Shown: positions 35,791 through 48,432, counted from the stretch's first letter. The stretch: 64,000 nucleotides of DNA from Heteronotia binoei (GCF_032191835.1 NC_083227.1:40858001-40922000), one strand, 5' to 3'. A program made the numbers and translations. Notes: a model not told the origin generated them from the letters alone.

Positions 35791-38084
35791 ACTGCCTATT
35801 CTTGAGGGCAGGTCTGGTGGAGTCATGCCTGGCAAGGACGCTGGCCTTTGCGGTCCAGATGTGGGTTTGATGGCAGCGGCTGGAGCATCGGGGGTTGGTT
35901 TGCCATTGGTTCCTGCTGGATTCGGAGGTAGGTCAGGTGATAATTTACAGGCGGAGCCTGGGCAGTTTGGCTATGGGGAGCATGGGGGCCTTCTTCAGCA
36001 GGGGCACCTGCCTCCTCTGCGTTGGGTGAGTTTCAGAATTGGGCTTGGCCATGTGGGCAAGGCGTTCCTAGTGTGTACCCAGGCGCAGGGCATCCTGGCA
36101 TGGCTGGTTCCTTTATGGGGGCACCCTCAACATATGGGATGGTGCCTTTTGCTGCTTTGCCATTTGGGGAGGTTGCCTTGCCGCTGGGGGACCACTTGCT
36201 TCCCGCTACTAAGGAAAAAATATTAAAAGGGGGGTACGTGGATATTTTTTCTCTTCTCTTTCGGGAGGTTGAGAAAAAAGACAAGGAAGATATGGATGAG
36301 AAAGAGAAGAAAAAATGGAAAAAACAGAAGGTGGACAGGACCTGGGCTAATTGGCTTCCTGGGTTCTGTATTTATGCTGGGGTGACTGCGAGGGCGCAGC
36401 CGTGGCGTGCAGCATCCCTGTTCCAGTATTTGGACATAATTTATAAAGGCTATACGGCCTTTAGTGGACCAGCCTAGTTACAATATGACGAGGAATTTAG
36501 GATGAGGGATGCCCTGTATCCGTCCCTTCAGTGGGATTGGATCCATCAGCAGCTTTGGCTGCAGGTTATGCCCCCGGCTAGGCCTAATCTGGGTGATCGC
36601 TCTGATAGTAGTCACTTGGTGAGTAGGTCATCCACATCCGCTGCTGGTTCATCAGGCTCTCCCCACAGTGCAGCGGGGCAGGCGGTTCAACCCCGCATGC
36701 TCTGCTGGGAATTTGGATCCCTTGGGGTATGTAATAGGAAGGCGTGCCAGTTCAAGCACGAGTGCCCCATGTGTGGTGGTTCCACTCATTTGAGAACTGC
36801 CCTAGAACCCGTGGGCATAAAAATACAAAAAAGCCTGGCGGGAGCGGAGGAGCCTTTCCAGCTAAGAAAGGGGCCCAGCCCGATAAGGGTGGGACCTCTT
36901 GAGCAGTGGCTGTCACGGTACCCTCGAAGGGTTGATAGTTTGTATTTGTTAGAAGGTTTTAAAGTTGGGTTTAGGATCCCTTTTCAGGGTCCTCGAGTTC
37001 CGTTTATGTCAGGAAACCTTAAGTCAGTTCAGGGCTTGGAGCAGGTCGTTAGGGACAAGGTTGCAAAAGAGCTGGCTGAGGGAAGGATACTGGGTCCCTT
37101 TTCACATCCTCCAGTGAGTACTCTTAGAGTCCCACCTTTGGGTGTGGTGCCTAAAAAGGCGCCTGGTGAATTTTGTTTGATTCACCATTTGTCTTTTCCT
37201 AAGGGGAAGTCCATGAATGATGGGATCCCGGAGCACTTATGCTCTGTTAGGTACACCAGCTTTGACCAGGCTATTGCCGTGGTGAGGCGTTGCAGGGTGG
37301 GGGCAGAATTGGCGAAATGCGACATTAAGTCTGCGTTTTGCCTTTTACAGGTCCATCCCGATAATTTTGAGCTTTTAGGGTTTTCTTTTGAGGGTCAATT
37401 TTACATGGATAGAGCATTGCCAATGGGCTGCTCTGTGTCATGTTCTTCTTTTGCGCTTTTCAGCACATTTTTAGAATGGGCTGTGTGGGAGAAAGCGGGT
37501 TTGCAGGATGTCGTTCATTATTTGGATAACTACCTTTTTGTGGTTCCCGAGGGGACTGGGCGCTGTGGGCAGCTGCTGTCTGGCTTTGTTGAGCTGGTGG
37601 TGGAGCTTGGGGTTCCTTTAGCGCCTGAGAAAACTGAAGGTCCGACCCAGAGGTTGACCTTTTTGGGGATCGAGATTGACACTATTGTGCAGTTGTCTAG
37701 GGTGCCTCTTCAGAAAATAGTGGAGCTGAGGGCTAGGATTTCTACCTTTCTTCTTAAAAGGACGGTTACTTTGTTGGAGTTGCAGCAGCTAGTTGGGCAC
37801 CACAACTTTGCTTGCAAATTGGTTGCTCCTGGGAGGGTTTTCCTTAGAAGGCTGTGCGATGCTACAGCAGGGTTACGCTTGCCTCAGCATAGAACTATGG
37901 TCACCTGCAGCATGAGGGATGATTTGAGGGTTTGGCAGGAATTTTTTGAGTCCTTTAATGGAGTCTCTTTTTGGAGGGACAACATGAGGCTCGAAGCTGA
38001 GCTCCAGGTCATGTCTGATGCCGCTGGATCACTGGGTTTTGGAGTCTTTCCAGGGACATCGGTGTGCGGGTAGTTGGCCTGACT

Positions 38085-38465
38085 CCTTGTCCTCTCCCAC
38101 CACATTTGACATTGTCTTTCCCAAAGACAAGAGCTTCACTTTTGGAACCCATGCTTCCTCAATACCTAGGCCTACAGCCTACTAATTCTCTAATAATGGT
38201 TTCCACCAACCATATTGACATCAGACTGACTGGCCTGTAATTTCTTGGATTTCCTTTGGAACCCTTCTTAAAGATGGGGGTGACATTAGCTACCTTCCAG
38301 TCCTCAGGAATGGAGGCAGATTTTAATGAAAGAGTACCTATTTTGTCAGGAGAGCCACAAATTCATACTCTTGGATGTATGCCTTGTGGGCCTGGTGATT
38401 TATCAGTTAAATTGTCTATCAGTCGTAGGATCTCCTCTCTTGTCACCTCAATCTGACTCAATCAC
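38085..38465 (-). mobile_element. CR1 RT fragment
   Basis: Collinear with 9560-9870 (CAGACTGACTGGCCTGTAATTT...GGAATGGAGGCAGATTT). Confidence 0.8.
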
Positions 38466-38883
38466 TTTCATCACTGCCTCCCAAATTTCCTCACTGGACA
38501 GCTGAGGTGACCTGGCAGCTCTATCACCAGCACAAGAATCACACAATACTTTGAAACCCTAAATGAATGGGATTAAAACATAGAAACAGAGCTGGAAGTG
38601 ACCCCAAACAACATATACTGCAAACGCCTCACGCAATGAAGAAAATTCACAGCTACTCCCCCCTTCTCCAGTGACTCTGATCTATGCTCAGAGGAAGGCA
38701 AAAACCCTCCAAGATTCCTGGGCCAATCCAATCTGGAGGAAATTATGAAATGTTGAAAGGGAGAGTCAGGATGGTCAAATCTCTTCTAGATGCTTGGTGG
38801 CTGTTTGAATTCATGACACTACATGTTCAGTTACAATGAATACCGCATATGTTCAAACACAGCACTTTTTTCTTACACTTCTT

Positions 38884-39011
38884 NNNNNNNNNNNNNNNNN
38901 NNNNNNNNNNNNNNNNNNNNNNNNNNNNNNNNNNNNNNNNNNNNNNNNNNNNNNNNNNNNNNNNNNNNNNNNNNNNNNNNNNNNNNNNNNNNNNNNNNNN
39001 NNNNNNNNNNN
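38884..39011. other. Assembly gap (128 N)
   Basis: Run of n bases. Confidence 1.
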
Positions 39012-40852
39012 TTTAAAAGTTTTTATTAGTTTTGAAGAATTGGGAATAGGGGATAAGAAGGGATAAGAAATAAAAGTTACAAATCAGTCTTAATCTGCAT
39101 AGAGAGTACTTGCAAAAAATACTGCATCTGCCATGCTTTCTTAAAATACATAGATTGTCGCATATTATTATCTCTTAACTTTGCATCATCAACATTTTGA
39201 TATTTTGTTTTATAAATCTTTTTGTTATAATATCTATTGAATTTGGCATTTCCAGTAAAAGCAATCTTATAATACAGAATACAGGAAAAAGGAGACATAA
39301 GTTCACACCAGAGAATCTTCAGAGTCTTGAGTATCTAGCCAGGCATAGAATTTCAACCAATATTTTCTTGCTTCTTCCTTAGATTTCCCAGCCAACAGCT
39401 GGGATAAAAAGTCCAGTTCTGCTGTTTCCAGAATTTTCCCCACCAAGTCCATTCTCGTGGGAATTTCCTGAAGTTTTCATCTCTGTGCCAAAAGAATCCT
39501 GGCTGCTGTATTGAAATGCGCCAACAAATATCTCATCTCTTTGGAATAGTCCTCAGGAAATATGTTCAATAAAAATAGTTCTGGTTTGAATTGAATCTGT
39601 GTCTTCATAATCTTCTGTAGTAATTCATGAACCATTTTCCAATAGTCCTTCCCCATCTCACATGTCCACCACACATGATAAAAAGAACCCACCTGTTTAG
39701 CACATTGCCAACATTTGTTAGTGACAGCAAAGGGTTCATTGAAGTTCCAAAATAATCAGACTTGTCTTTGTTAAAAGCTAAGTTCCATTTATTGATTACA
39801 ACAATGTTACTCTCTACTGGTAGGCATTGAAAGTGATAAGGGATAGCTTGATACATTGGCATATATGGGCACACATCAAAGGAAGGCTCTTTAAACCATT
39901 TCTCATAATAAAACTACAGTCCATTCTGCAAGTGATACTTTCACACGCCGCATTATCTCTTCCTGGAGATGGCTGCACTCTCCCCCCTGGTGATGTCCTT
40001 GCTCCGTTTAAAAGGCACCAGAGAGGCTAGCTTGGCGCTTTGCACTTCAAAGGTTTCACTGACCTTTGGAGTTCTGGCAACCTTGGTTCCCACCCCTCCT
40101 TTTTTCTCTAGCAAAGCACAGGGGTTAGTAATGTAGGGGCTTATTCAGTAATGTGGTTAGTAAGCAGGAAATATATAGGATCACACAATACAGTTGCTTT
40201 AATGAATCACAAGCTGACAGTTAGACATATTAGTATACATCTTACACAACTTCTGTGGAGTCATGTACCATCTGTAAAACATCTTATACAAGTTTTCTTT
40301 AAAGATCACTGACCTTGCTAATTTAATATTGAATTTCCACAATCTCTCCCATTCTTCTAACATAATATTATGACCCAAGTTTTTCGCCTATTGGACCATG
40401 CAGTCTTTTACAACTTCATCTTGCATCTTCATCTGTAATAGGTACGCATATAGTTTAGAGATTAGCTTTTCTTGAGGACCTAGAATAATTTTATCAAATG
40501 GGTATTGTTCTGTGTTAAAGCCTATCGACTTGTCTTTGACATACCTAGATTCGACTTGCATTCTCAACCACCAATTCATTTTAATGTCCAGGCTTTCTAA
40601 CTCTTCTCTGGTTTTCAGTTGATTGTCTTTTCCCAACAGGTCATCATATCTATAACTCTGGTTAGGTTTTAAAAGATTTGGATGAGTGAATGCTTCCACT
40701 GGAGATACCCATCTTGGAATTTTCTGATAAATTCTCATTTTTAACCATGACCATGTGTGATACAAAGATTTCCAAAACCAATGGTTCTTAAAATAGGAAT
40801 GTCCTTTAAGTCTTTGATACCATAGATACATATGCCAACCCAGATTGAGATC

Positions 40853-40952
40853 ATTTTATTTATTTATTTATTTATTTATTACTTTCAATTTATATCCCGC
40901 CCTCTCCGCAAGCGGACTCAGGGTGGCTTACAACATCATAAAATACAATCAA
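40853..40952 (-). mobile_element. L2-type 3' tail inserted into L1 ORF2
   Basis: (TTTA)n plus TATATCCCGCCCTCTCCGCAAGCGGACTCAGGGTGGC; removing it restores L1 LLEGH|DLNLGWHMYLW. Confidence 0.75.
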
Positions 40953-42823
40953 TATGTCCCTCTAACAGCAATTGCCTCTTCTCATTCAATAGTATCCGGT
41001 CTCTTACCCACAAGAACACAGAAGCTTTATAATACAATTGCCAATCTTGAAGGCCCATATCTGCTCTCAATTTAGAATCTTGCAGGATCTTTAGTTTTAT
41101 TCTTGGTATTTTGCCTTGCCAAATATATTTAGAAACCATCTTATTCAATTCCTGAAAAAAACCACTATTTAAAAATACTGGGATAGTTTGAAATAGAAAT
41201 AATAGCCTTGGGAGGATATTTATCTTTATTAAGGCTATTCTTCCCATTAAGGATAAATTCAAATCATGCCATTTTCCCAGGTCTTTTTAAATTTATTTTA
41301 GTAGTTTATCATAGTTGTCCATTTTTAAACCGCTGCACTTATTTGAAATAAGTACACCTTTTCTCATACAAAAACCCTGATTTTGTTGAAGAGATTGAAT
41401 TTGTTCTATCATCAAAATCTTTGTCAAAAAATTTGTTTTGTGGTAGTTGATCTTCAGTCCTGCCCAGTAACTAAATTGAGTGATCTTATTTATAAGACAG
41501 TCTATTGAGTCTATTGGTTGCTCTGATATAAAAACTAGGTCATCTGCAAAAGCTCTCAATTTGTATTGTTCACCTTTTACCACCGCTCCCTAGATACTTG
41601 TATCTTCTCTTATCTGGTTATTCAATATCTCTAAACATAAAATAAAAAGGAGTGGTGACAGTGGGCAACCTTGTCTTATACCTTTTTGAATATTAATTGC
41701 TTCTGTTAGTTCACCATAACCCTTCCTCTTTGGAAAGAGTATATTGATTCTACTGCTCTCAAGAAATTTTCACCACATTCCAGTTGTAACATAAATTGCC
41801 AACGAACATTTTCAAAGGCCTTCTCAGTGTCCAAACAAATTAGTGCCAGTTGTTTCTCTGGATGACTCATAATATTCCAATATATTACAAACTGTTCTAA
41901 CATTACCTTTCAAATATCTTCTAGGAAGGAATCCAGCCTGGTCTTGATGTATTGTAGACTGTAGAACTTTCTTCAAACGTTGTGCCAATATTGGAGCAAA
42001 GATTTTATAATCCACATTTAAAAGAGAGATTGGATGATAGTTTTTTATATCTTTCAGATCTGCACCTTCTTTTGGGATTAAGGATATTGTAGCTTCTTGC
42101 CATGAAGCTGGTATTTGGCCGTCTTGAATCTTTTCAAGGAGACGTTTAAATGATAACAGTAAGGACTCCTCATAACCTTTGTAGAATTCCGCAGGCAGTC
42201 CATCTGGACCCAGGGCTTTACCATTGTTTTGAGATGTCATTATGTCTCCAAGTTCCCTTATTGTTTTTGTTGTTCTTCTGTAAATTTATTAAGATTATTT
42301 TGGTTAATATAATCTTCTAAATCTGTTTTGTGAACTTGTTTATCTTCATATAGCTTTTTATAAAATTGTTCCACAATTTGACATATCTCCTGTTTTTGAA
42401 CTTTCTCTTTATTATTCTCATCTTTCAAAACTGGTATTATTCTTTTGGCATTCTCTTTTCTCATTCTATAGGCCAACCACCTTCCAGGTTAATTGGCATG
42501 CTCAAAAAAGTGTTGTCTGGCATATCTCAATTTTCTCTCCATCTCCTCTATGAGTAACAAGTTCAATTGATGTTGTGTTTCTTTCACCTCATTTTGGAAC
42601 TCCTGTTTTGTCGGTTGCGTTTTAAGTTCTTTTCAGCTTCTCCAGCTTGCAACATTAGTTTTTGAAAATTTTCAGTTCTTTCTTTTTCTTTGCACTATAT
42701 CTAATTGTGAGGCCCCTGAAGTATGCTTTAGCAGTATCCCAAACTACTTGCATCTTTACATCTTGTGTTATGTTCCGTTATCTGGTCTTCCTCCTTTTAA
42801 CAGGAGAATTGAGTCCATTCACA

Positions 42824-43672
42824 TTAATATAAATTATTGATGCCATTATGGATTTTTCTTATCACTCTCTTTTTTTTATCTTTTTTAGTCTGCAGTCTTG
42901 TCGGGTATTTCCATGATTCATTTGGATTCTCTTCACCAGAGCTTTCTTCTTCCTCTTCATCATCCTTTTCCTTACCCTCTTTTCCCTTCACTCTATCCAG
43001 AAAATTCTGGGCTTTGAAAATGGAGTTTATCCTGTACCTGTTCTCTTCATAAGTAAAAAGGAGGCCTTCTGGCATTAGCCATGTATAGGGTATTTCTCTT
43101 TCTCTCAGGAAGCCTGTCAAAGCTTGGTATTCTCTCCTCTTTTGTCTCACTGGCCATGGTACCTCTCTCAAAATTTTCACCATATTTCCAGCTATCATCA
43201 TTGGTTTGTCTCTTGCTTGCTTCAAAATATCATCTCTGGTCCTCTTTCTTGTAAGTTTCAAGTGAACTTTACTGGGCAATTTATTCCATCTCGTAAAGCT
43301 TGATGGCACTCGTCTTACTTGATCAAACTCTTCTTCCATCCTTTGAGGAGTCACCTGTAGAAATTCAGCCAAGGCTTCACTTAATATTTTCTGTAGATCT
43401 TCAGTTTTATCTTCTGGTATGTTTTGAAACCTCAGCATATAGGCAGCTCTGTCTGTTTCCACTTGCAAGAGTCTGGAATCATGTATGTTCTGTTCTTTTC
43501 CCAGTTGTTCCACCTTTTGTGTATTATCTGTCACCTGGGCATCTAATGCCTTTAAGGCTTTATTAATCTCTGCTGTCTGTTTGCTGTTCTCCAAAAGTTC
43601 TTGTTTGATCTCTGCCATCTGCTCTCCTTTACTAGTCAGCTGTGCTATGGCTGTTAGTAGAGTATTTTGCAT
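42824..43672 (-). CDS. L1 ORF1 protein (coiled coil, RRM, CTD), open reading frame
   Basis: Heptad-rich N-terminus, LRFQNIPE, RKRTRDDIL, ILREVP..VRQKRREY, YTWLMPEGLLF. Confidence 0.8.
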   Translation of the reverse strand: MQNTLLTAIAQLTSKGEQMAEIKQELLENSKQTAEINKALKALDAQVTDNTQKVEQLGKEQNIHDSRLLQVETDRAAYMLRFQNIPEDKTEDLQKILSEALAEFLQVTPQRMEEEFDQVRRVPSSFTRWNKLPSKVHLKLTRKRTRDDILKQARDKPMMIAGNMVKILREVPWPVRQKRREYQALTGFLREREIPYTWLMPEGLLFTYEENRYRINSIFKAQNFLDRVKGKEGKEKDDEEEEESSGEENPNESWKYPTRLQTKKDKKKRVIRKIHNGINNLY

Positions 43673-44909
43673 CTCTTTCAGATCTTCCTGTATGGTCGTA
43701 AATTTCCCTGGCCCAGATGAGGAGCTGGGTGAAGATATTGGTGGTTTGCCTTCTCGATTATCTTTTTTTTAAATTGTTTCTTTAAAGCCAATCGCGGCTT
43801 TATTTTCCATCCTTATTAATATAATTGCACTCACAACCACAAGATCCATATGCTGCCTCTTAGGGATTTGCTTTGGAACTCAATATTCCTGTTTATAGTA
43901 GATAAGCTAATCTCTGCCAGACAGTGCCAGTATTATAGAGTGATTTTAAAAGGAAAACAGCCTTCTAGCTTCTGTCAACAATTTGCCAGACCCAAAACAA
44001 TGATATGACTAGTAGTAAACAAAATCTTTTTAGTACAACATCCTTAGTGCCACTTAGCCAAAACAGTTAAACTCACTAAAACAGAAACGGTTTTGGCGAC
44101 GCGCTGTTAGGAACGGCTCGGACCAGCACATCCAGAGCCGCTTCTAAATCTGACAGCGGAGGGGAGACTGGGACCCAGGAAGGGTCCTGGAAGGCAAGCA
44201 GCTCGAGCAGTCGAATGGGGGTGACAGTGGCGGCTGCCCTCTGATCCCAGCTCGCTCCAAGCCTTGCTGTCTCGAGATCGCCATTTTTAAATAGCTCGAG
44301 GGTTGACTGCCGGACTTTTCCTTTTCTTCTTTTGAATTAAGCAACTCTGCATCAGTGGGACAAGCTGCATCACTATTATGAAGACTAAGTTTTCTTCTTT
44401 TCACTACTGAATCCTGAGGCATTGTTTTAGACAAGCAGGAAAAGCAGAGAGCTGGGACTAAAGCAGAACTCAGACAAAGGCAAAAGCAGAAAAAGTGGGG
44501 GGACTCTCTCTCTTTCTCTTTCAAGGCTTCCAAAAGTTTCTGCCTAACCTGGTGATGTTTATAATCCCTGCATGAGAAATATGAATCACACTAATTTCTA
44601 AACATAGAAGAGACTTGATGGCTGAATTTAACTGATCTGTTTTAAACCTCTTTCTGGAGAAAGATTTGACTTTGGGAAAGTTGTTTGCAAGTATATATGG
44701 ATGAGAAGGACAGCAGGCTTAAGAAGTAATTTGAAGCCTATGTTGAAGTGCTCTGAACAAATTTATGTGAGCTCCAACTAGACACTTAAATCCTGGTAGG
44801 CTTTATATACTGGATTATAAAACATAACCTGATTGTTGGTTGAAGGAAGAATGACTGTGCAAATTTTCAAAGTGGATTATAATTCTCTGATGGTGGATGT
44901 TATGGATAT

Positions 44910-45568
44910 TGTCACAAGCTGGGGCCAGGTCAGGCGAAGTCCAGGGGCAGTCCAAGGTCTGTAGCTGGTGAGCAAAGAGGGTCCGATGCACCAAAACCGA
45001 ATCACAGTCCAGGTATCACAGGTCAGAGGTCCAGGAGCCGAAGTCCGGGGGTCCAGAAGTCAAAGCCAAAGTCAGGGGGTCCAGAAGCCAAAGTCAGAAT
45101 CAAAATATAAATCAAATAGAAATCAAATCAAAATATAAGAAGCCGAAGTGGATGCTAGAATGCCAGGTAAGCAACTAGTTGCTTCCACAAAGCCCCCTCC
45201 CAAAGCTCACAGCTATATAGCCCTCTGCTGTCTGTTGCCCATTTAGGCTAAGTGCTGACTCAGAGGGCGGCCAGGATCCTGCTGAGACTCACGCATCCTT
45301 ACTTCTAGAAGAGCCAGGATCCTTTCAAAACTCAGGGCTCAGGGAGCATCTTGCTCGTGAGCGTGCCGCCCTCCTCCGATCCCTGAGGTCCTGACGAAGG
45401 CGGTCACGCACACGAGCCACCCGAGAGGGTGAGGCAGGGGGACTTGGGTCTTCTCCTGCAGGAGGCAGGGACACTGGTGCAGGTGGCCAGGGCCCTGGTG
45501 CAGGTGGCAGGGGCACAGTTTCTTCTGCAGGCTCAGCTTCTTCTGCAGGGTCCCCAGCACCCATGACA
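44910..45568 (-). mobile_element. Solo LTR (Gypsy-like)
   Basis: TGTCA...TGACA termini, perfect 5 bp TSD GATAT (44905-44909, 45569-45573), and TATA-like CTATATAG at 45213-45220. Confidence 0.9.
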
Positions 45569-46259
45569 GATATAACCCTTTAATTTTGTTTTTATTTTTT
45601 ATAAAGTTTGAATATTTTTGGCTTTTGATTCATTTTTCCATTTTTCCTCTTTTTATATACCATATTTGGAGTCTTTCTTATTTTTGTTACTGCCTTTTTG
45701 GGAGTGTCTGGTTCAATTTGTGTTTTTCTTTTTCTCTTGGGTTGTTTGTTTAATTTTTGATCTCACTTGTGGATTATAAATAGGGCATTCAGCCCTGGAT
45801 TATAAATTTACACCTTGAAGCAGTCGGATGATCCTGTTGTGACTTGGATTTTAATTGAGCTATCATTGGTAGAAGACCTGTTATAGTGAACTAATCTAGC
45901 TATCTATCATCTATTTAATTAATATATCATTAGAAAGATAATGAATTTTAACAATTACAATAAAGTATTTGTAATTTAATCATTATAACACTTACTTCTT
46001 TCATCCACTAGCCTCTGTTTAAAAAACTCCAAAGAAGAGCTCACCACCTCGCGAGGAGGTCTGTTCCGTAGATGAACTGCTCTAACTCAATATGAATTTT
46101 TTGGAAGTAGACATACTAGTTTCTTTTGTGGTTTCTCAGCACGCAAGAGAAAACTATGGTATTTTCTCTGATCAAAATAACAGAATTCAACAGTAAATTT
46201 TACATGAAAATTGACATGGGTTTTTGCATATAAATTGCATTAAATGCCTAATAGTACCA

Positions 46260-46470
46260 GAGGGGGATAGTCAGATAGTCAGACTAGGATACTGATGGAA
46301 CCTGGGTTTAAATACCCATTTTGGTAAGGGAGGTGACTATGGGTTTGTTACTTTCTCTGAGTCTAACCTACCTCACACAATTGTTGTGAGGGTTAAATAG
46401 AAGAGCAGAGAGTGAAGTCATAAGCTACTTTGGTCCCACTGGAGAGAAAGGCAAGGTATAAAACAAGTAA
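46260..46470 (+). mobile_element. Old MIR/Squam3-like SINE
   Basis: Degenerate B box CCTGGGTTTAAATACC, core CTAACCTACCTCACA...TTGTGAGGGTTAAA, and an L2-like end. Confidence 0.5.
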
Positions 46471-46707
46471 ACAATAATGGAAACATTTCCCTTAAATGCC
46501 ATTAAAATGTTATTAAAATGGTGCATTTTACAAAATTGCCATCAAATAAACAGAATAGGGAAACCAGCAAAGAAAATACGTGGAATGTCGAGTGGGAGGA
46601 GAGAACCTCAGAAAATAACATGTATAAAACCAAAAGACATACAAAAATTGGCATATTCAGGCTTCCCTTGAAAAAAACATTTGCCAGAAAACTCACGCAA
46701 GCATTTG

Positions 46708-47410
46708 CTACTTTTTCTGAGATGCGGTGTTTTTTCTGAGTACTTTCTTTAGTGCTCTTAACACATCTTGATTCCTCAAGCTGTAGAGAAGGGGGTTCAG
46801 TGCAGGAGTAACAACAGTACAAAACAATGAAACCATATCGTCCTGGTATGGCATTTGGTAGGATCTGGGCCTCAAATACTTGAACATGGCTGCCCCGTAG
46901 AAGAGTTCCACCACACTCGAGTGAGACAGGCAGGTGCCAAGTGCTTTGTGTGTCCTTTCGGCTGAACGGACCCTCAGGACTGTTGCAAGAATGCACGTGT
47001 AGGAGAACAAGATGAAAGAGGAAGGGATGATAAGCAAGGTAATGCCACTAATAATCAGAGTCTTTTCAAAGTGAGACATATCAGAACAAGACAGCTTCAG
47101 CATTGAAGGGAGGTCGCAGAAGATATGGTGAATCACATTTGACTTACAGTAGTATAATGGCAGCACATAAACGCTGGGAACTAAAGCATGCAGAAATGCA
47201 CCAAACAAAACAACCACAGTCAGAATGATACAGATATTCCTCCTCATGAGAACGGGGTATTGCAAAGGCTTGCATATTGCCACATACCTATCATATGACA
47301 TCACAGCAAGGAGAAGGCATTCTGCCTCGCCCCATCACCAGTATGAAAAATATCTGGGCTGATCATCCATTCAAAGAAATAATGTTTTTCTTCATTAAAA
47401 AATCTAGAGT
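46708..47410 (-). pseudogene. Olfactory receptor pseudogene (OR2-like clade), N-terminal TM1-TM2 missing
   Basis: TLDFLMKKNIISLNG*SAQIFFILVMG with the conserved TM3 Cys codon changed to TGA (47363-47365), a +1 frameshift near 47330, then AECLLLAVMSYDRYVAIC...KALGTCLSH...NPLLYSLRN. Confidence 0.9.
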
Positions 47411-47610
47411 CCAAATCCCACCTACATCAGAATTTGAGACAAATTAGGGAGGGTTTTTTTTAACAATGGTATAATTTCCTGAAATTAATGGCAATTTGCT
47501 TTGGTTTGGGAACAGTTCCCCATGTGCATGGGTTGTTGGGAATAACTGAACATTTCATGATATTAAAAAGGCACCATTATATCATCAATTGCCCACATTA
47601 CATATTATCA

Positions 47611-47832
47611 GAGAGCCAGTGGGGTGTAGTGGTTAAGTGCGCGAACTCTGATCTGGAAGAACTGGGTTTGATTCCACCTCTCCTCCAATTGCAGCTGTTG
47701 GAATGGCCTTGGGTCAGCCATAGATCTCATAGGAGTTGTCCTTGAAAAGGCAGCTTCTGTAAGAGCTCTCTCAGCCCCACCTACCTCACAGGGTGTCTGT
47801 TGTGGGGGGGGCAGAAGGTAAAAGATTGTGAC
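47611..47832 (+). mobile_element. tRNA-derived SINE (Squam3-like), 3'-truncated
   Basis: GAGAGCCAGTGGGGTGTAGTGGTTAAG head; collinear with the reverse complement of 7343-7630. Confidence 0.85.
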
Positions 47833-48432
47833 TGATCAGCATGAGTTTAGAGAGATTTTTCTGAAAATGAAGTTACTTCAGAAGAAGAGGCAGGTTTGGG
47901 GGAGTGCCCTGGAAGTGGGGTTTTGGTTCAGTGTGCCCCGGAAGTGACATCACTTGGCCCTTGACACCACAGGAAATGACATAACTCCTGTCTCCTGGCA
48001 CCACCTCCAAAGTCTCCTGGCTCCACCCCCAAATTTTAGTGGGCCATGAAGGAGAAGTATAAAAATAACCAGGCCATGGGAAAGAAGAGTTTGGGAAACC
48101 CTGGTCTAGCTCATCAAGGATCCAGACTCTTCCTTTTAATAATGGATGGATGAAGGTATGAATGAGGGTTTCTTTTTGTTTGTTTTGACAAATATTTCCT
48201 GTAGCCACCATTTTCTTTTTCTCCCTCCCCCCCCACCCAAGATGGCAGATACAGTGATTTCAGTCTTTAACTTTCACACAGAACGCTCATCTTGGTGTCA
48301 AAATACATGTTTTGGGGATCAATAAAGCCAAATACATTATTAGTTGTAAAGCAGTTTTTACCATCCCTGTATCATAGATTGGGGGTCGGGGAGAAGCAGG
48401 ATTTTGCTTAGAAGTTCAGTGGCTCTTTCTAT

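Larger units (their letters stand above)
31540..38075 (+). mobile_element. Ngaro/DIRS-type retrotransposon (ORF1 gag-like, RT, start of RNase H), split by nested insertions; tyrosine recombinase not in the fragment
   Basis: ORF1 starts MAGGKGSGKP (32151) and resumes at 34323 and 35791. It shows WANWLPGF...YLDII and a CCCH finger (CWEFGSLGVCNRKACQFKH). RT has PLGVVPKK..FCLIHHLSFP.G.SMNDGI, KCDIKSAF, LPMGCS and YLDN; RNase H starts at SDAAGSLGFG. Confidence 0.85.
39012..44320 (-). mobile_element. Near-full-length but degraded L1 LINE
   Basis: 5' UTR with YY1-like AAAATGGCG (44279-44287); open ORF1 42824-43672; ORF2 start MASIIYINVNGLNSPVKRRK with the endonuclease deleted. RT pieces (GPDGLPAEFY, YHPISLLNVDYK, LDTEKAF, AFADD), C-terminal GSFYHVWWTC, and AATAAA near 39021. 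Confidence 0.92.

Noticed and set aside
39727-40250. About 520 bp insertion in L1 ORF2 as a solo LTR
   Set aside because: Possible TG..CA ends but no TSD, and L1 bases are missing at the junction; identity unresolved.
44144-44533. 129 aa minus-strand ORF at the L1 5' end
   Set aside because: Crosses the probable L1 boundary into low-complexity flank; no homology evident.
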